A DNA stretch of 64,000 nt from a virus: IMG/VR virus record IMGVR_UViG_3300009605_004544, positions 1 through 64,000 of that record; one strand, 5' to 3'. The translations under genes were made by a program, and so were the position numbers. Positions 18,197 through 27,225 of this stretch are shown here, piece after piece. The notes under the pieces are model-generated. The model saw only the letters and a program-made list of their open reading frames with translations, did no database searches and was not told where the DNA came from. Numbering within the stretch: the stretch's first letter is position 1; each line of letters begins with the position of its first letter.

Positions 18197-19359
18197 TGAG
18201 CAAGCAGCTAGTGAAGTTCTGTAGGATATGCGGCAGCGCACTTTTCGAAGACCCTATTTTTGAACTTGATAACATGCCCAAAGCGGCACAGCATTTACCG
18301 TCAACTCCCGAAAAAGGAGTCAGGTTAGAGGTGTGTCAATGTTCTGGGTGTGGAGTCGTTCAATTAAACAATGAACCCGTCTCTTATTACAAAGAGGTCA
18401 TCCGCGCCGTCGCATTTTCACAAGAAATGAAAGACTACAGGGTCTCCCAATTCAAAGCATTTGTTAAGGACTATGCTTTAGGTGGGAAAAGAGTTCTTGA
18501 AATAGGATGCGGAAATGGAGAATATTTAGAACTCATGAAGGACGCTGGTACAGACGCCTATGGAATTGAGTTCTCTCCAGACGCAGTAAGGCATTGCCAA
18601 GATCAAGGATTGCAAGTAGACCGGCAATATATAGAGAGGCCAGATGAGAAAGTTTTTTCTGAACCCTTTGATGCATTTTTTATATTGAACTTTTTTGAGC
18701 ATCTTCCAGATCCTAATACTACACTCAAAACAATTTGGAATAATCTAGAAGAGGGCGCTGTCGGCCTAATAGAAGTTCCCAATTTTAACATGATGCTAGA
18801 TAATGATCTTTTTTCTGAGTTTATAGGAGATCACTTATTCTATTTTACAAAAGAAACCCTAATATCAACGCTGAGTAGAAATGGCTTTGACATTGTGGAA
18901 TGCAACTCTATATGGCATGATTACATTATATCAGTAACAGTGAGGAAAAGAAGCAGCCTAGACCTAAGTCGTTTTTATGAGCAAAAAAATAAAATCACAT
19001 CGGCTTTACACGAATACATAGACAGGTATCCTGACCACACAGTAGCTATTTATGGAGCGGGACATCAATCTCTTGCGGTTATGGCCCTCTCTGATCTGGG
19101 TGGAAAAATCAAATATGTTGTTGATGATGCAACTTTTAAACAAGGTAGATATACGCCAGCAAGCAATATTCCTATAGTCGCTTCCAATGTGCTATTTGAA
19201 GATCTGTCAGTTGGAGGTATTCAGGCAATCATCGTGATGGCGGCAAGCTATTCAGATGAAGTTGCAACAAAATTAATAAAGTCGCAAGCCAACGCCTTGG
19301 ATATTGCGATACTCAGACAAGATGGGTTAGAAATATATAACACTAACAGTAAAGGATAA
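18196..19359 (+). CDS. SAM-dependent NDP-sugar C-methyltransferase-like
   Basis: CRICG..C.GCG Zn site, LEIGCGNG, FEHLPDP, IEVPN, H..YF, YGAG, VVDD...KQG.Y.P. Confidence 0.85.
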   Translation: MSKQLVKFCRICGSALFEDPIFELDNMPKAAQHLPSTPEKGVRLEVCQCSGCGVVQLNNEPVSYYKEVIRAVAFSQEMKDYRVSQFKAFVKDYALGGKRVLEIGCGNGEYLELMKDAGTDAYGIEFSPDAVRHCQDQGLQVDRQYIERPDEKVFSEPFDAFFILNFFEHLPDPNTTLKTIWNNLEEGAVGLIEVPNFNMMLDNDLFSEFIGDHLFYFTKETLISTLSRNGFDIVECNSIWHDYIISVTVRKRSSLDLSRFYEQKNKITSALHEYIDRYPDHTVAIYGAGHQSLAVMALSDLGGKIKYVVDDATFKQGRYTPASNIPIVASNVLFEDLSVGGIQAIIVMAASYSDEVATKLIKSQANALDIAILRQDGLEIYNTNSKG

Positions 19360-19361
19360 TT

Positions 19362-19802
19362 ATGGCTAAACTTGATATGGTGGTTTTGAAGGAAGGCGAG
19401 GGAGACGTTCCTATGCCGGGGCAGGCAGTCTTAATGCACTATGAATTATGGGCTGGAGAAGGAGTAACCTCCTCCTTATATGATTATGGTAAAAAGGAAT
19501 ATGTAGACAGCATTTATTACAGCACGTATGACACGAGCATTCCCCTCTCAGGCCCTATTGAAATATGCATCGGGCAAAGAACGCCAAAGGACGAGGTTTA
19601 TACTAAAAGAGATTCCATTCAGGGTCTGGATGATGCCCTACTCTCTATGAGGGTGGGAACCAAGTGTCAACTTTCTATACCGGCTGAATTGGCATACGGA
19701 GAAGAGGGGGCAAGCAGCTTCCATACTTTCCATGGGTACAGAACGCCTCCAAATAAAGAGATTAGGTGTAATATAGAGTTAGTGGACATTGTAGAGGAGT
19801 AA
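19362..19802 (+). CDS. FKBP-type peptidyl-prolyl isomerase
   Basis: EG.G..P..GQ.V.MHY, IQGLD..L.SM.VG....L.IP.ELAYG, PPN. Confidence 0.8.
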   Translation: MAKLDMVVLKEGEGDVPMPGQAVLMHYELWAGEGVTSSLYDYGKKEYVDSIYYSTYDTSIPLSGPIEICIGQRTPKDEVYTKRDSIQGLDDALLSMRVGTKCQLSIPAELAYGEEGASSFHTFHGYRTPPNKEIRCNIELVDIVEE

Positions 19803-19805
19803 AGC

Positions 19806-20273
19806 ATGGCAAAGAAGCAGGAATTTGTTTCCAACGTAACTGGGGAAGAGTGGTTTAAGCACAACACCCAGAGATGGACAACCGTAATTAATCAAGTCGG
19901 AATCATTATGGAGGATGAAATCCATGATGGTAAAAATGGTGAAAAGATAACTCTTAAAGCGGGCCAGCGCGTCATCATCGATGACATTCGAGGTCGCATC
20001 AAGCCGCAATACAGGGTTCTTGACGCGAATGGTAAGGTTTGGTTTGTATCGGCCCTTAATGTAAAGTTCGCTAAAGATGAAGAGCGGGAGGCAACGGCGG
20101 ATCACTATCAATATAGAGGTGGAGTCAGGGTCGATAAAGGCTCTAGGCATGACGGCACGCCCCTAAATCCGCGATACACGGTGGATACTAGCACCGAAGA
20201 AGAGTATGCCGCAGCACGAGCTAAAGAAAAACAAGACAGACTTAAAGAAATGGAGGGGCTAGATAATGCCTAA
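19806..20273 (+). CDS. Hypothetical protein with SH3-like beta barrel
   Basis: GAGGAG RBS; LKAGQRVII...YRV.D.NGKVWFV. Confidence 0.65.
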   Translation: MAKKQEFVSNVTGEEWFKHNTQRWTTVINQVGIIMEDEIHDGKNGEKITLKAGQRVIIDDIRGRIKPQYRVLDANGKVWFVSALNVKFAKDEEREATADHYQYRGGVRVDKGSRHDGTPLNPRYTVDTSTEEEYAAARAKEKQDRLKEMEGLDNA

Positions 20274-21654
20274 TTCACACAATGCTATGTTTCACAATCC
20301 GCTGGAGGGCAATCCTCATGACCCATCTCCTATGTGGTCAGATGATGAGCTTAAAGAGTTCACTGAGCAACTTGCAGCCGGAAAAGAATTCACCCCTGAA
20401 GAACTTGCCAAGATGAAAGAAGGCAAGGTCATGCAAGCGACTGGGGTGGGGGATGAGGGATTGCGTCAAAACTGGCTCAAAAATTATAAGCCACATGTTT
20501 ATGATAAGATGATGAAGTTCCCAGAAAAGATTGCAAATGGGGAAAGCATTGCCATCATCCAATTTCAGTACGATTACTTGTGCAACTTCGATTGTGAGCA
20601 TTGCTGCATTGATAAGTTTTATGTGCCTAAAGACTGGGAAAAGGCTAGTGGGAGACGCAAGTTTGAACTGGAAGACGTGCGTAGGCTTTCCCAAGAGTGT
20701 GACGAAATGGGGCTTGCCAATTTTGTTATCACTGGCGGTGAGCCTCTGATCATTAAAGAGTATGACCAACTCGTAGAAGCCATCGATCCTTCTAAGTTTT
20801 ATTTAGTCACAGACTCCAATGGGTGGTTTTTAGATCACAAAAAGGCAAAGCATTTGAAGAAAATCGGAATTGATAAGGTGCAGCTAAGCCTTGATGGGGC
20901 TTCTGCGGAAGATCACGACACGTTTAGGCGTGCGCCGGGTTCTTGGGACCGTGTCATGACAGCCATTGACGCTTGCAAAGAAGCCGATCTGCATGTCATT
21001 TTATCCACTGTTATCTGGAAAGATAGAATCTACACAGAAGAATGGAAAAATTTCTTGGACTTTGCCAAGGAAAAGCAGGTCGGCACCTATGTTGTATACG
21101 CCAAGCCGGTGGGTGCATTTGAAAATGTGACTGATCAAATGATGACCGAAACAGAAGGTAAGATTTTACAACAGTTCGAGGAAGAGTACGACATCTTTAC
21201 TCATATGACCCCATCTTACGGTAGGGACATCGGGTGTATTGCAGTTAAACGAATTTTGCCAGTTTCGCGGTATGGTGATATTATGCCGTGTCCTTACCAG
21301 CATGTGTCATTGGGCAACTTTTTTGAAGAACCCCTCAAGGACATTGTGGGTCGTGCATTAAACATGAAGTGGTTTGATCCGCGCAAGAATATGCCTTGCA
21401 TTTGTGGCGTGGACAAGGGCTTTATTGAAAATGTGATTTCTGAATCTTATGGAGACTCCGAGGTTCCTGTAAGGTACGACAAGGTTCTCAACTCGGACGA
21501 CTTCCTTGATAAGGGCAACATGGGAGACGTTAAAGACGGGACTGGCACTGGTAAAGAAAATGAAACGTGGCAGAATGCCCCGTTGATTACAGTTAAAGGC
21601 ACTAAGATTAGACCATTTAATCCGGTGACGGACTCAATGGATCGTGCAACCTAA
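20266..21654 (+). CDS. Radical SAM protein with SPASM/twitch domain
   Basis: CNFDCEHC, TGGEPL, SNG, LSLDG, GC.A...GDIMPCP. Confidence 0.9.
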   Translation: MPNSHNAMFHNPLEGNPHDPSPMWSDDELKEFTEQLAAGKEFTPEELAKMKEGKVMQATGVGDEGLRQNWLKNYKPHVYDKMMKFPEKIANGESIAIIQFQYDYLCNFDCEHCCIDKFYVPKDWEKASGRRKFELEDVRRLSQECDEMGLANFVITGGEPLIIKEYDQLVEAIDPSKFYLVTDSNGWFLDHKKAKHLKKIGIDKVQLSLDGASAEDHDTFRRAPGSWDRVMTAIDACKEADLHVILSTVIWKDRIYTEEWKNFLDFAKEKQVGTYVVYAKPVGAFENVTDQMMTETEGKILQQFEEEYDIFTHMTPSYGRDIGCIAVKRILPVSRYGDIMPCPYQHVSLGNFFEEPLKDIVGRALNMKWFDPRKNMPCICGVDKGFIENVISESYGDSEVPVRYDKVLNSDDFLDKGNMGDVKDGTGTGKENETWQNAPLITVKGTKIRPFNPVTDSMDRAT

Positions 21655-21667
21655 AAGGAGACATGAG

Positions 21668-21985
21668 ATGATTTCGTTTACTGAAAAGGCTCTAGAGGTA
21701 ATGAGGGAAGCTGCTCAAGAGGGCGGCATCATACGGGTTGCTGTTAAGGGAGGGGGCTGTTCAGGTTTTTTGTATCAGGTTAAAGTGGAAGACAATCCTC
21801 AAGAGAACGATAGCATTATAGAGTTTGAAGAAGGCGATCTTAAGGTTTGTATTGATCCGCAAAGTGCTTTCATGCTGGACGAGACAGTAGTGGATTATGA
21901 AACTAGCCTTGCTCAGTCTGGTTTTAAATTTGTTAACCCCAAAGCCGAGCGGTCCTGTGGATGCGGGCAGTCCTTTGGATGCTAA
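21668..21985 (+). CDS. iscA: A-type Fe-S carrier (IscA/HesB family)
   Basis: RVAVKGGGCSG, VDY....SGFKF.NP, CGCGQSF; RBS AAGGAG. Confidence 0.92.
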   Translation: MISFTEKALEVMREAAQEGGIIRVAVKGGGCSGFLYQVKVEDNPQENDSIIEFEEGDLKVCIDPQSAFMLDETVVDYETSLAQSGFKFVNPKAERSCGCGQSFGC

Positions 21986-22799
21986 AAGAATAGTCGGATT
22001 TACATGCTCCTGCTTTGATTTACTTCATGCTGGACATGCGATCATGCTACGTGAAGCTAGAGAGCAATGCGATTTCTTAATCGTGGGGCTGCAAGTTGAT
22101 CCTACGATAGATAGAGTCGATAAAAATAAGCCAATTCAAACCCTAGAAGAAAGACAAGAACAGTTAGAGGCCATTAAATATGTAGACGACGTACATATCT
22201 ATAGCACAGAACGTGACCTCTACGAAGCCTTGAAGAAGATTAATCCTGATGTGAGATTCATAGGGGAAGACTGGAAAGATAAAAAATTTACGGGTCATGA
22301 CTTACCAATCCCTATTATTTATACGAAGAGGTATGGGCATTCTACTAGCGAGCTTCGCCAAAGAATCTTTCAGGCAGAACAAAAGCAGGTGGGGGCCAAG
22401 AGCGACCTCCCAGCAGGTAAAAATTCTGGCAGAAAATACGTGCCGAAAGGGTGGGGATATGAAGATTGGCTTGTAAATAAGGAAGAATATTGTGGCAAAT
22501 TGCTTTTCTTAAAAAAAGACAGGCAATTTAGCTGGCACTATCACGAGTTAAAAGATGAAACATTCTATGTTCACTCTGGTAAGGTTGAGTTGAAGTACGG
22601 GTTCGGAAATAACGTAAATCGGGGCGGTATAGAATGCCTTAGCAACCCAACCGAAATTGTAATCCTAGAGCCGGGGGACACCTTCCACGTACCCACAGGG
22701 CTACGCCATCAGGCTAAAGGTCTTTTAGACAGCTATATTTTTGAGTTCTCCACTACCCATTTTGACGAAGACTCCTACAGAATCATTAAGGGTGACTAA
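21975..22799 (+). CDS. TagD-like cytidylyltransferase fused to a cupin
   Basis: GFTCSCFDLLHAGH, KNKPIQT..ER, IGEDW, STSELR; then VPKGWG.E, FSWHYH..KDETFYV, EFST. Confidence 0.85.
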   Translation: MDAKRIVGFTCSCFDLLHAGHAIMLREAREQCDFLIVGLQVDPTIDRVDKNKPIQTLEERQEQLEAIKYVDDVHIYSTERDLYEALKKINPDVRFIGEDWKDKKFTGHDLPIPIIYTKRYGHSTSELRQRIFQAEQKQVGAKSDLPAGKNSGRKYVPKGWGYEDWLVNKEEYCGKLLFLKKDRQFSWHYHELKDETFYVHSGKVELKYGFGNNVNRGGIECLSNPTEIVILEPGDTFHVPTGLRHQAKGLLDSYIFEFSTTHFDEDSYRIIKGD

Positions 22800-22960
22800 T
22801 GACAGACCCAACCGGCATCCAGCCTGCACCTAAAGATATTATGCCATCATCTAGTCAGGCTGTAGAGAATTCTAGCAAGCTAACAGGGCAACAAAAGTTC
22901 TGGAGAGACTTTACAGACGATCTTTTATCTGAATTAGACACTGATAACGAGAGGCCCTGA
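22799..22960 (+). CDS. 53 aa hypothetical protein (not in track)
   Basis: TAATG overlap; MTDPTGIQPAPKD...DNERP* fills the gap. Confidence 0.5.
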   Translation: MTDPTGIQPAPKDIMPSSSQAVENSSKLTGQQKFWRDFTDDLLSELDTDNERP

Positions 22961-22968
22961 CCTCATTC

Positions 22969-22979
22969 TGGTGTATAAT
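22969..22979 (+). promoter_or_regulatory. Putative phage promoter TGGTGTATAAT
   Basis: Intergenic, about 40 nt before a gene with its own AGGAG RBS; motif recurs. Confidence 0.55.
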
Positions 22980-23019
22980 TTCAGGGAGAGACTACGCACT
23001 CAAAACAGGAGCAGATAAT

Positions 23020-23520
23020 ATGCCTCTTAAAAAATGTACTGTTGACGGAAAAGCCGGATACCAGTGGGGAGATGCCGGGAAATGTTATACCGGACGTGAC
23101 GCAAAAAAGAAAGCGATTCGCCAAGGCGTAGCAGTAGAGGGACCGGAAAAGTTTTCCCGTATTGCCCAACTTGAAGAAACCATCTTTTCTGAATCCGAAA
23201 TTGAAGCCGTGGCAGACACCATGCACGACTTGGGCTATGATGTTCGATCTATAACAGCGACTGCTTCCGCGTTACGCAGCCAAGCCATGTACGATGGATA
23301 CAGGACCACCTCCATGGATTTAGATCGTGATGGTTATGGTCATTTTCATACCTTTAAAAGAGATGACACTGACACCTCTAGGGCTAGAACTAAATTTGGA
23401 GACATTATAATTGGTGCCCATGAGCATGCGATTGTTGACGGCAAAATCCAGCCTGCCGATGGCCATACGCACGAAATCAAAGACATTGGCCCCGGTGAGG
23501 GATGGGTGTACGAGGGCTGA
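23020..23520 (+). CDS. Phage hypothetical protein with His-rich (YmaF-like) C-terminus
   Basis: MPLKKC...GYQWG..GKCY; GHFH, HEH, DGHTH. Confidence 0.7.
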   Translation: MPLKKCTVDGKAGYQWGDAGKCYTGRDAKKKAIRQGVAVEGPEKFSRIAQLEETIFSESEIEAVADTMHDLGYDVRSITATASALRSQAMYDGYRTTSMDLDRDGYGHFHTFKRDDTDTSRARTKFGDIIIGAHEHAIVDGKIQPADGHTHEIKDIGPGEGWVYEG

Positions 23521-23522
23521 TA

Positions 23523-23681
23523 ATGCGGTACAGTCTATTAGCAGAAGAAATTGCTGATTTTTTTTATTCGGATGAGGGCAGTGAAGGGAGTCGCGGATCG
23601 GTAGAATACTGGGGAAATGTGGAAGCCATAGAGGACATTATTGAGGACTTTATGCAAAACAAACTGACCCTTGGTGAGTAG
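23523..23681 (+). CDS. 52 aa acidic hypothetical protein (not in track)
   Basis: MRYSLLAEEIADFFY...KLTLGE* fills the gap on the + strand. Confidence 0.5.
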   Translation: MRYSLLAEEIADFFYSDEGSEGSRGSVEYWGNVEAIEDIIEDFMQNKLTLGE

Positions 23682-23685
23682 AAAC

Positions 23686-26058
23686 ATGATAAGATCTTTG
23701 ATTCTTCCCCTTTTGTTAATCTTTACTTTTTGCCCTGCGGCTGAAGCTAAGTTCTTAACACTTAACGATATTGGTGAGGCTTCCTGCCGAGTTCGAGTTA
23801 GGAACGCAGCCGGAAGCGGCACGTCGATATCGGAAGATAAAGAACACATTTATGTGTTGACAAATGCCCATGTGGTTGGGAATAATCAACGAGCTACATG
23901 TGAATTTTTTAGATATGGCCGTAAAACCGGCCTTATTCCGGGTGACGTAGTTTGGACATCCTACGACACTAGGACTGTTAATGACTTTGCTATTATTCGT
24001 ATTAGGAAATCCTATTTTGGAAGATATCTCCCACGCATAGTTCCTCTTGCCCCTGCTGAACACGCCGTTCAGGAAAATGATTATATCGCATCTGCCGGAT
24101 GCCCTCAAGCACGTTGGTTACAACTCTGGGAAGGCCACGCTCTTTCAAAAGCTTCTAGGAATCAAGTACTGTTCACGCCTCCTCCCCTCGGAGGGCAAAG
24201 CGGTTCTGGAGTGTACACGCTCATCAAGGGGCATACTTATTTATGCGCTATTCTTACTTGGAGAGTGGAGGAGGATATAGGAGGGGCTATTCATATAGGT
24301 AACTTCTTACGTGCCAGTAAAGGGGAGGCTTCTGCTGAAGAGTTCCAAAAGGTTCCTGCTAGCTGGAAACATATCAGCACCAAGACTGAAACTCCTACCA
24401 AGAACGTCCCCAAGGCTTGCTATGCGTTGGGTGAGAATGGCCTTTATTATATGCAAGAAAAGAGTGGGAGTGTAGGTAGCGGATTCCTTCAGTCGGTCAT
24501 ATTACCAACAGGGCATCGCCATATCAAAATTAAAAAGTGGAATTGCTGGCTTTGGTACGATGGGAAAAAATACTTCTTTGACAAGAGCGGTCCCTTTATC
24601 AAGTGTCCCGGTGGAATTTGCCCTCCTATTATAGACCCTCCTACGCCGACCCCTCCCAATGGAGACGGTGGTGATGGTGACAAAGATAACCCATACGGAA
24701 TATTGCCTCCTAACTGGGAAGGTCACGAGGACAAGACTGAAGAGTATGAAAAAGCTATCGAAGATTTAAAAAAACAGGTTACAAATTTAAGTAAGGAGAA
24801 AAAGGACTTACTATCTCAGATGGAAAGTCTTAACACGGAAAAGAAAGACCTGTCCTCCAATATAGACAGCCTAAAGGAGACATTGGAAGAAAAAATTGCC
24901 ACCCTATCTAATTTAAACAATAGGCTAGAAGATTTAAAATCTAAAGATGATAAGAACATTGAAGAGATAAACGGACTTAACGGACAGATTAACAGATTAA
25001 ATAGTGATATTTCTTTGGGTTCACAGCAGGTTGAAGGATTGCAGGAATCCTTAGACAAAAAATCACAGATGTTAGACGGGCTGTTAGGAGACTATAATCA
25101 ATTGGACGGAGAGGTTGAAGAGGTCAAAAGTCAGCGTAATCTGTTCGCTTGGCTTTTTGGGGGAACTAGCACGGGAGGAATTTTGCTGTGGTTGTTCTCA
25201 TGGTACTGGAAGCTAAGAGGAAAAAGGAAGGCCAAAGATATGATTGAAGACAAGCTGGACCCGGAAAAAGTTACTGACGCAATTAACGACAAGATAGACC
25301 GAGTCCAAGAGGAGAAGCTTGGGCAAAACCATGCTCTCAACGGCATCGTGGACTATCTTCAAGAACGCCTTGAGTCTGTTATAGAAGACAAGATAGGCTC
25401 CCTCAGTCAGAGCTTACAGGATAGAATTGATAAGATTGAGGTTTCCGCTAAAGACATAGACGTTAGCATCTATAACACTATCGATGACAGAGATGAAGTT
25501 AAAACTTCTAGCGACACAGGCGGTGAGGAGATTCCCGTTATACAATCTCCGTCTGCAAAGGAGGCCCTTGACAATCAGGATAAAGATGGGGACCGCGCAT
25601 CGTGCGCATGCGATGCAATCTTAGATTACATTAAACAGCCTTCCTTTCCGGCAGCTAGCAGTAGGATTAAAGAGTTTATAGACCTAAAGAGGTGTGATGG
25701 TGAACGGGTAGAAGAGTTGGCATTTTACGCTCATCTTTACAAAGAAGCCATTGACCTACTTAAAAGAAATTCTTTGATCGTCATCAAAGGCGGAAATCCA
25801 GACAAACTTCACGGACAAATTAAGGCAGGAGAAGCGCTGGAAGACCATGTACGCAACGAGTTTTTACGTAGAGTATCTAGTTCTACGATTAATCGCCATA
25901 TTATATACCACGAAGCAATGATCGGCTTTCTATATAAGCAGGCCGTAGCCAAGCTAAAAAGAGGAGAGTTCAACGTTTTGGGGTATAAAGATATAGCAAA
26001 AGCAATAGAGCAATGGGTAAAGACTGAGTTCTTAAAACGAATGGGTTTCACCTTATAA
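23686..26058 (+). CDS. Membrane-anchored trypsin-like serine protease with coiled-coil stalk
   Basis: Signal peptide; GSG, TNAHVV, DFAI, GQSGSG triad; CPGGICP + Pro linker; long heptads; TM LFAWLF...SWYW; C-terminal domain. Confidence 0.8.
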   Translation: MIRSLILPLLLIFTFCPAAEAKFLTLNDIGEASCRVRVRNAAGSGTSISEDKEHIYVLTNAHVVGNNQRATCEFFRYGRKTGLIPGDVVWTSYDTRTVNDFAIIRIRKSYFGRYLPRIVPLAPAEHAVQENDYIASAGCPQARWLQLWEGHALSKASRNQVLFTPPPLGGQSGSGVYTLIKGHTYLCAILTWRVEEDIGGAIHIGNFLRASKGEASAEEFQKVPASWKHISTKTETPTKNVPKACYALGENGLYYMQEKSGSVGSGFLQSVILPTGHRHIKIKKWNCWLWYDGKKYFFDKSGPFIKCPGGICPPIIDPPTPTPPNGDGGDGDKDNPYGILPPNWEGHEDKTEEYEKAIEDLKKQVTNLSKEKKDLLSQMESLNTEKKDLSSNIDSLKETLEEKIATLSNLNNRLEDLKSKDDKNIEEINGLNGQINRLNSDISLGSQQVEGLQESLDKKSQMLDGLLGDYNQLDGEVEEVKSQRNLFAWLFGGTSTGGILLWLFSWYWKLRGKRKAKDMIEDKLDPEKVTDAINDKIDRVQEEKLGQNHALNGIVDYLQERLESVIEDKIGSLSQSLQDRIDKIEVSAKDIDVSIYNTIDDRDEVKTSSDTGGEEIPVIQSPSAKEALDNQDKDGDRASCACDAILDYIKQPSFPAASSRIKEFIDLKRCDGERVEELAFYAHLYKEAIDLLKRNSLIVIKGGNPDKLHGQIKAGEALEDHVRNEFLRRVSSSTINRHIIYHEAMIGFLYKQAVAKLKRGEFNVLGYKDIAKAIEQWVKTEFLKRMGFTL

Positions 26059-26075
26059 CCAATGGGAGACATTAA

Positions 26076-26711
26076 ATGCCTGAATATCAAAATACTTTTA
26101 GAGGAGCCAACCTTGAATTTCCGAATTTGGGCGTTCACTTCATGTTGGCTGAAATCATCAAATTCAGAAAGCAGCTTACTGTGCGGCAAGAATTTCGTTC
26201 TCAATCTGGCTGGAATGATTCCCTGAATCGCTATATGATCACGGAGATCGAAAAGCTTGGCGATACGCTAGAAAACATCACGTATAATCCTGATGACCTG
26301 ACACTGGAGGAGCTAGAGGCTCAAGCGTCTAATACCACCAGAAGCGTGGCTGACGATTACAACGACCTTGCCCTAACGCAAGACAATGTATTAATGCCAG
26401 TAGGCGTAAATCGTAGCATCGTATGGGATTTGACAGGGGCAGATTTAGATATCGCGCAGCTTGACCCCTCAAACTGTCCTAACGACGCAGCAAGATCGTT
26501 TGTTACAGCACTCGACAATGTTTTTGTTGAGTTGACTCGCTTGGACAGTAGGCATCAGCCATATTCTGTAACAAAGTACGAATCAGTTATGATAAGATCC
26601 CTTCTGAATGTGCTATACACCCTGAGCCAGAGGAAGGGTGGAGAAGCAAATAGGAGCGACATTCCTACCGGAACGCTTCCTTCAGATGAGGGTACTACTT
26701 TTGCTGGCTGA
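26076..26711 (+). CDS. Hypothetical protein
   Basis: 211 aa ORF, GGGAG RBS, followed by a terminator. Confidence 0.75.
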   Translation: MPEYQNTFRGANLEFPNLGVHFMLAEIIKFRKQLTVRQEFRSQSGWNDSLNRYMITEIEKLGDTLENITYNPDDLTLEELEAQASNTTRSVADDYNDLALTQDNVLMPVGVNRSIVWDLTGADLDIAQLDPSNCPNDAARSFVTALDNVFVELTRLDSRHQPYSVTKYESVMIRSLLNVLYTLSQRKGGEANRSDIPTGTLPSDEGTTFAG

Positions 26712-26749
26712 AGCTGGTCGTTAAGAAATCCTTAACTGTTTTGTAAGGA

Positions 26750-26784
26750 GGGGGTAGGGGTGTCGTCCTCTACCCTCTTTTTTT
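26750..26784 (+). terminator. Intrinsic terminator
   Basis: GGGGGTAGGGG-TGTCGT-CCTCTACCCTC then T7. Confidence 0.8.
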
Positions 26785-26797
26785 CTAAGGAGGGGCC

Positions 26798-27214
26798 ATG
26801 AGCGATTACGTAAAGAACGTTTTAAGCCATAAAATTTACAATAAGATGCATAATGCAGACGGTCGTGGTCAGGAAGTGGCTATTGATCCTGCTACCATAG
26901 TATTAATTGCCAAAATATCTATGTCTATTATTAGTGCTATTAAAAATTGTAAAGACTCTGCCGAAGAAAGAGAAGGGGTTATTAGAAACCCCGGAATAGA
27001 CACTGATGGTATTCTTAAATCTATCGTGCGTAAGAAGCTCGGTTGGTTTAAGTATTTCTTTATCGGGGCTAAAGTTATTAGGGCCATAAAGGAGATTGGA
27101 TCAGAAGTAAAACACGATGAGCTTAACAGTTCAGGACTATTCGACGACTTGGGTGAAGATGGTCGTCGTAAATCGGGAGTATTTGATAATGGTCAAAGAT
27201 ACTACGAAATATAG
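26798..27214 (+). CDS. Hypothetical protein
   Basis: AAGGAGG RBS; 138 aa. Confidence 0.7.
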   Translation: MSDYVKNVLSHKIYNKMHNADGRGQEVAIDPATIVLIAKISMSIISAIKNCKDSAEEREGVIRNPGIDTDGILKSIVRKKLGWFKYFFIGAKVIRAIKEIGSEVKHDELNSSGLFDDLGEDGRRKSGVFDNGQRYYEI

Positions 27215-27225
27215 AGAGGTGTCCC

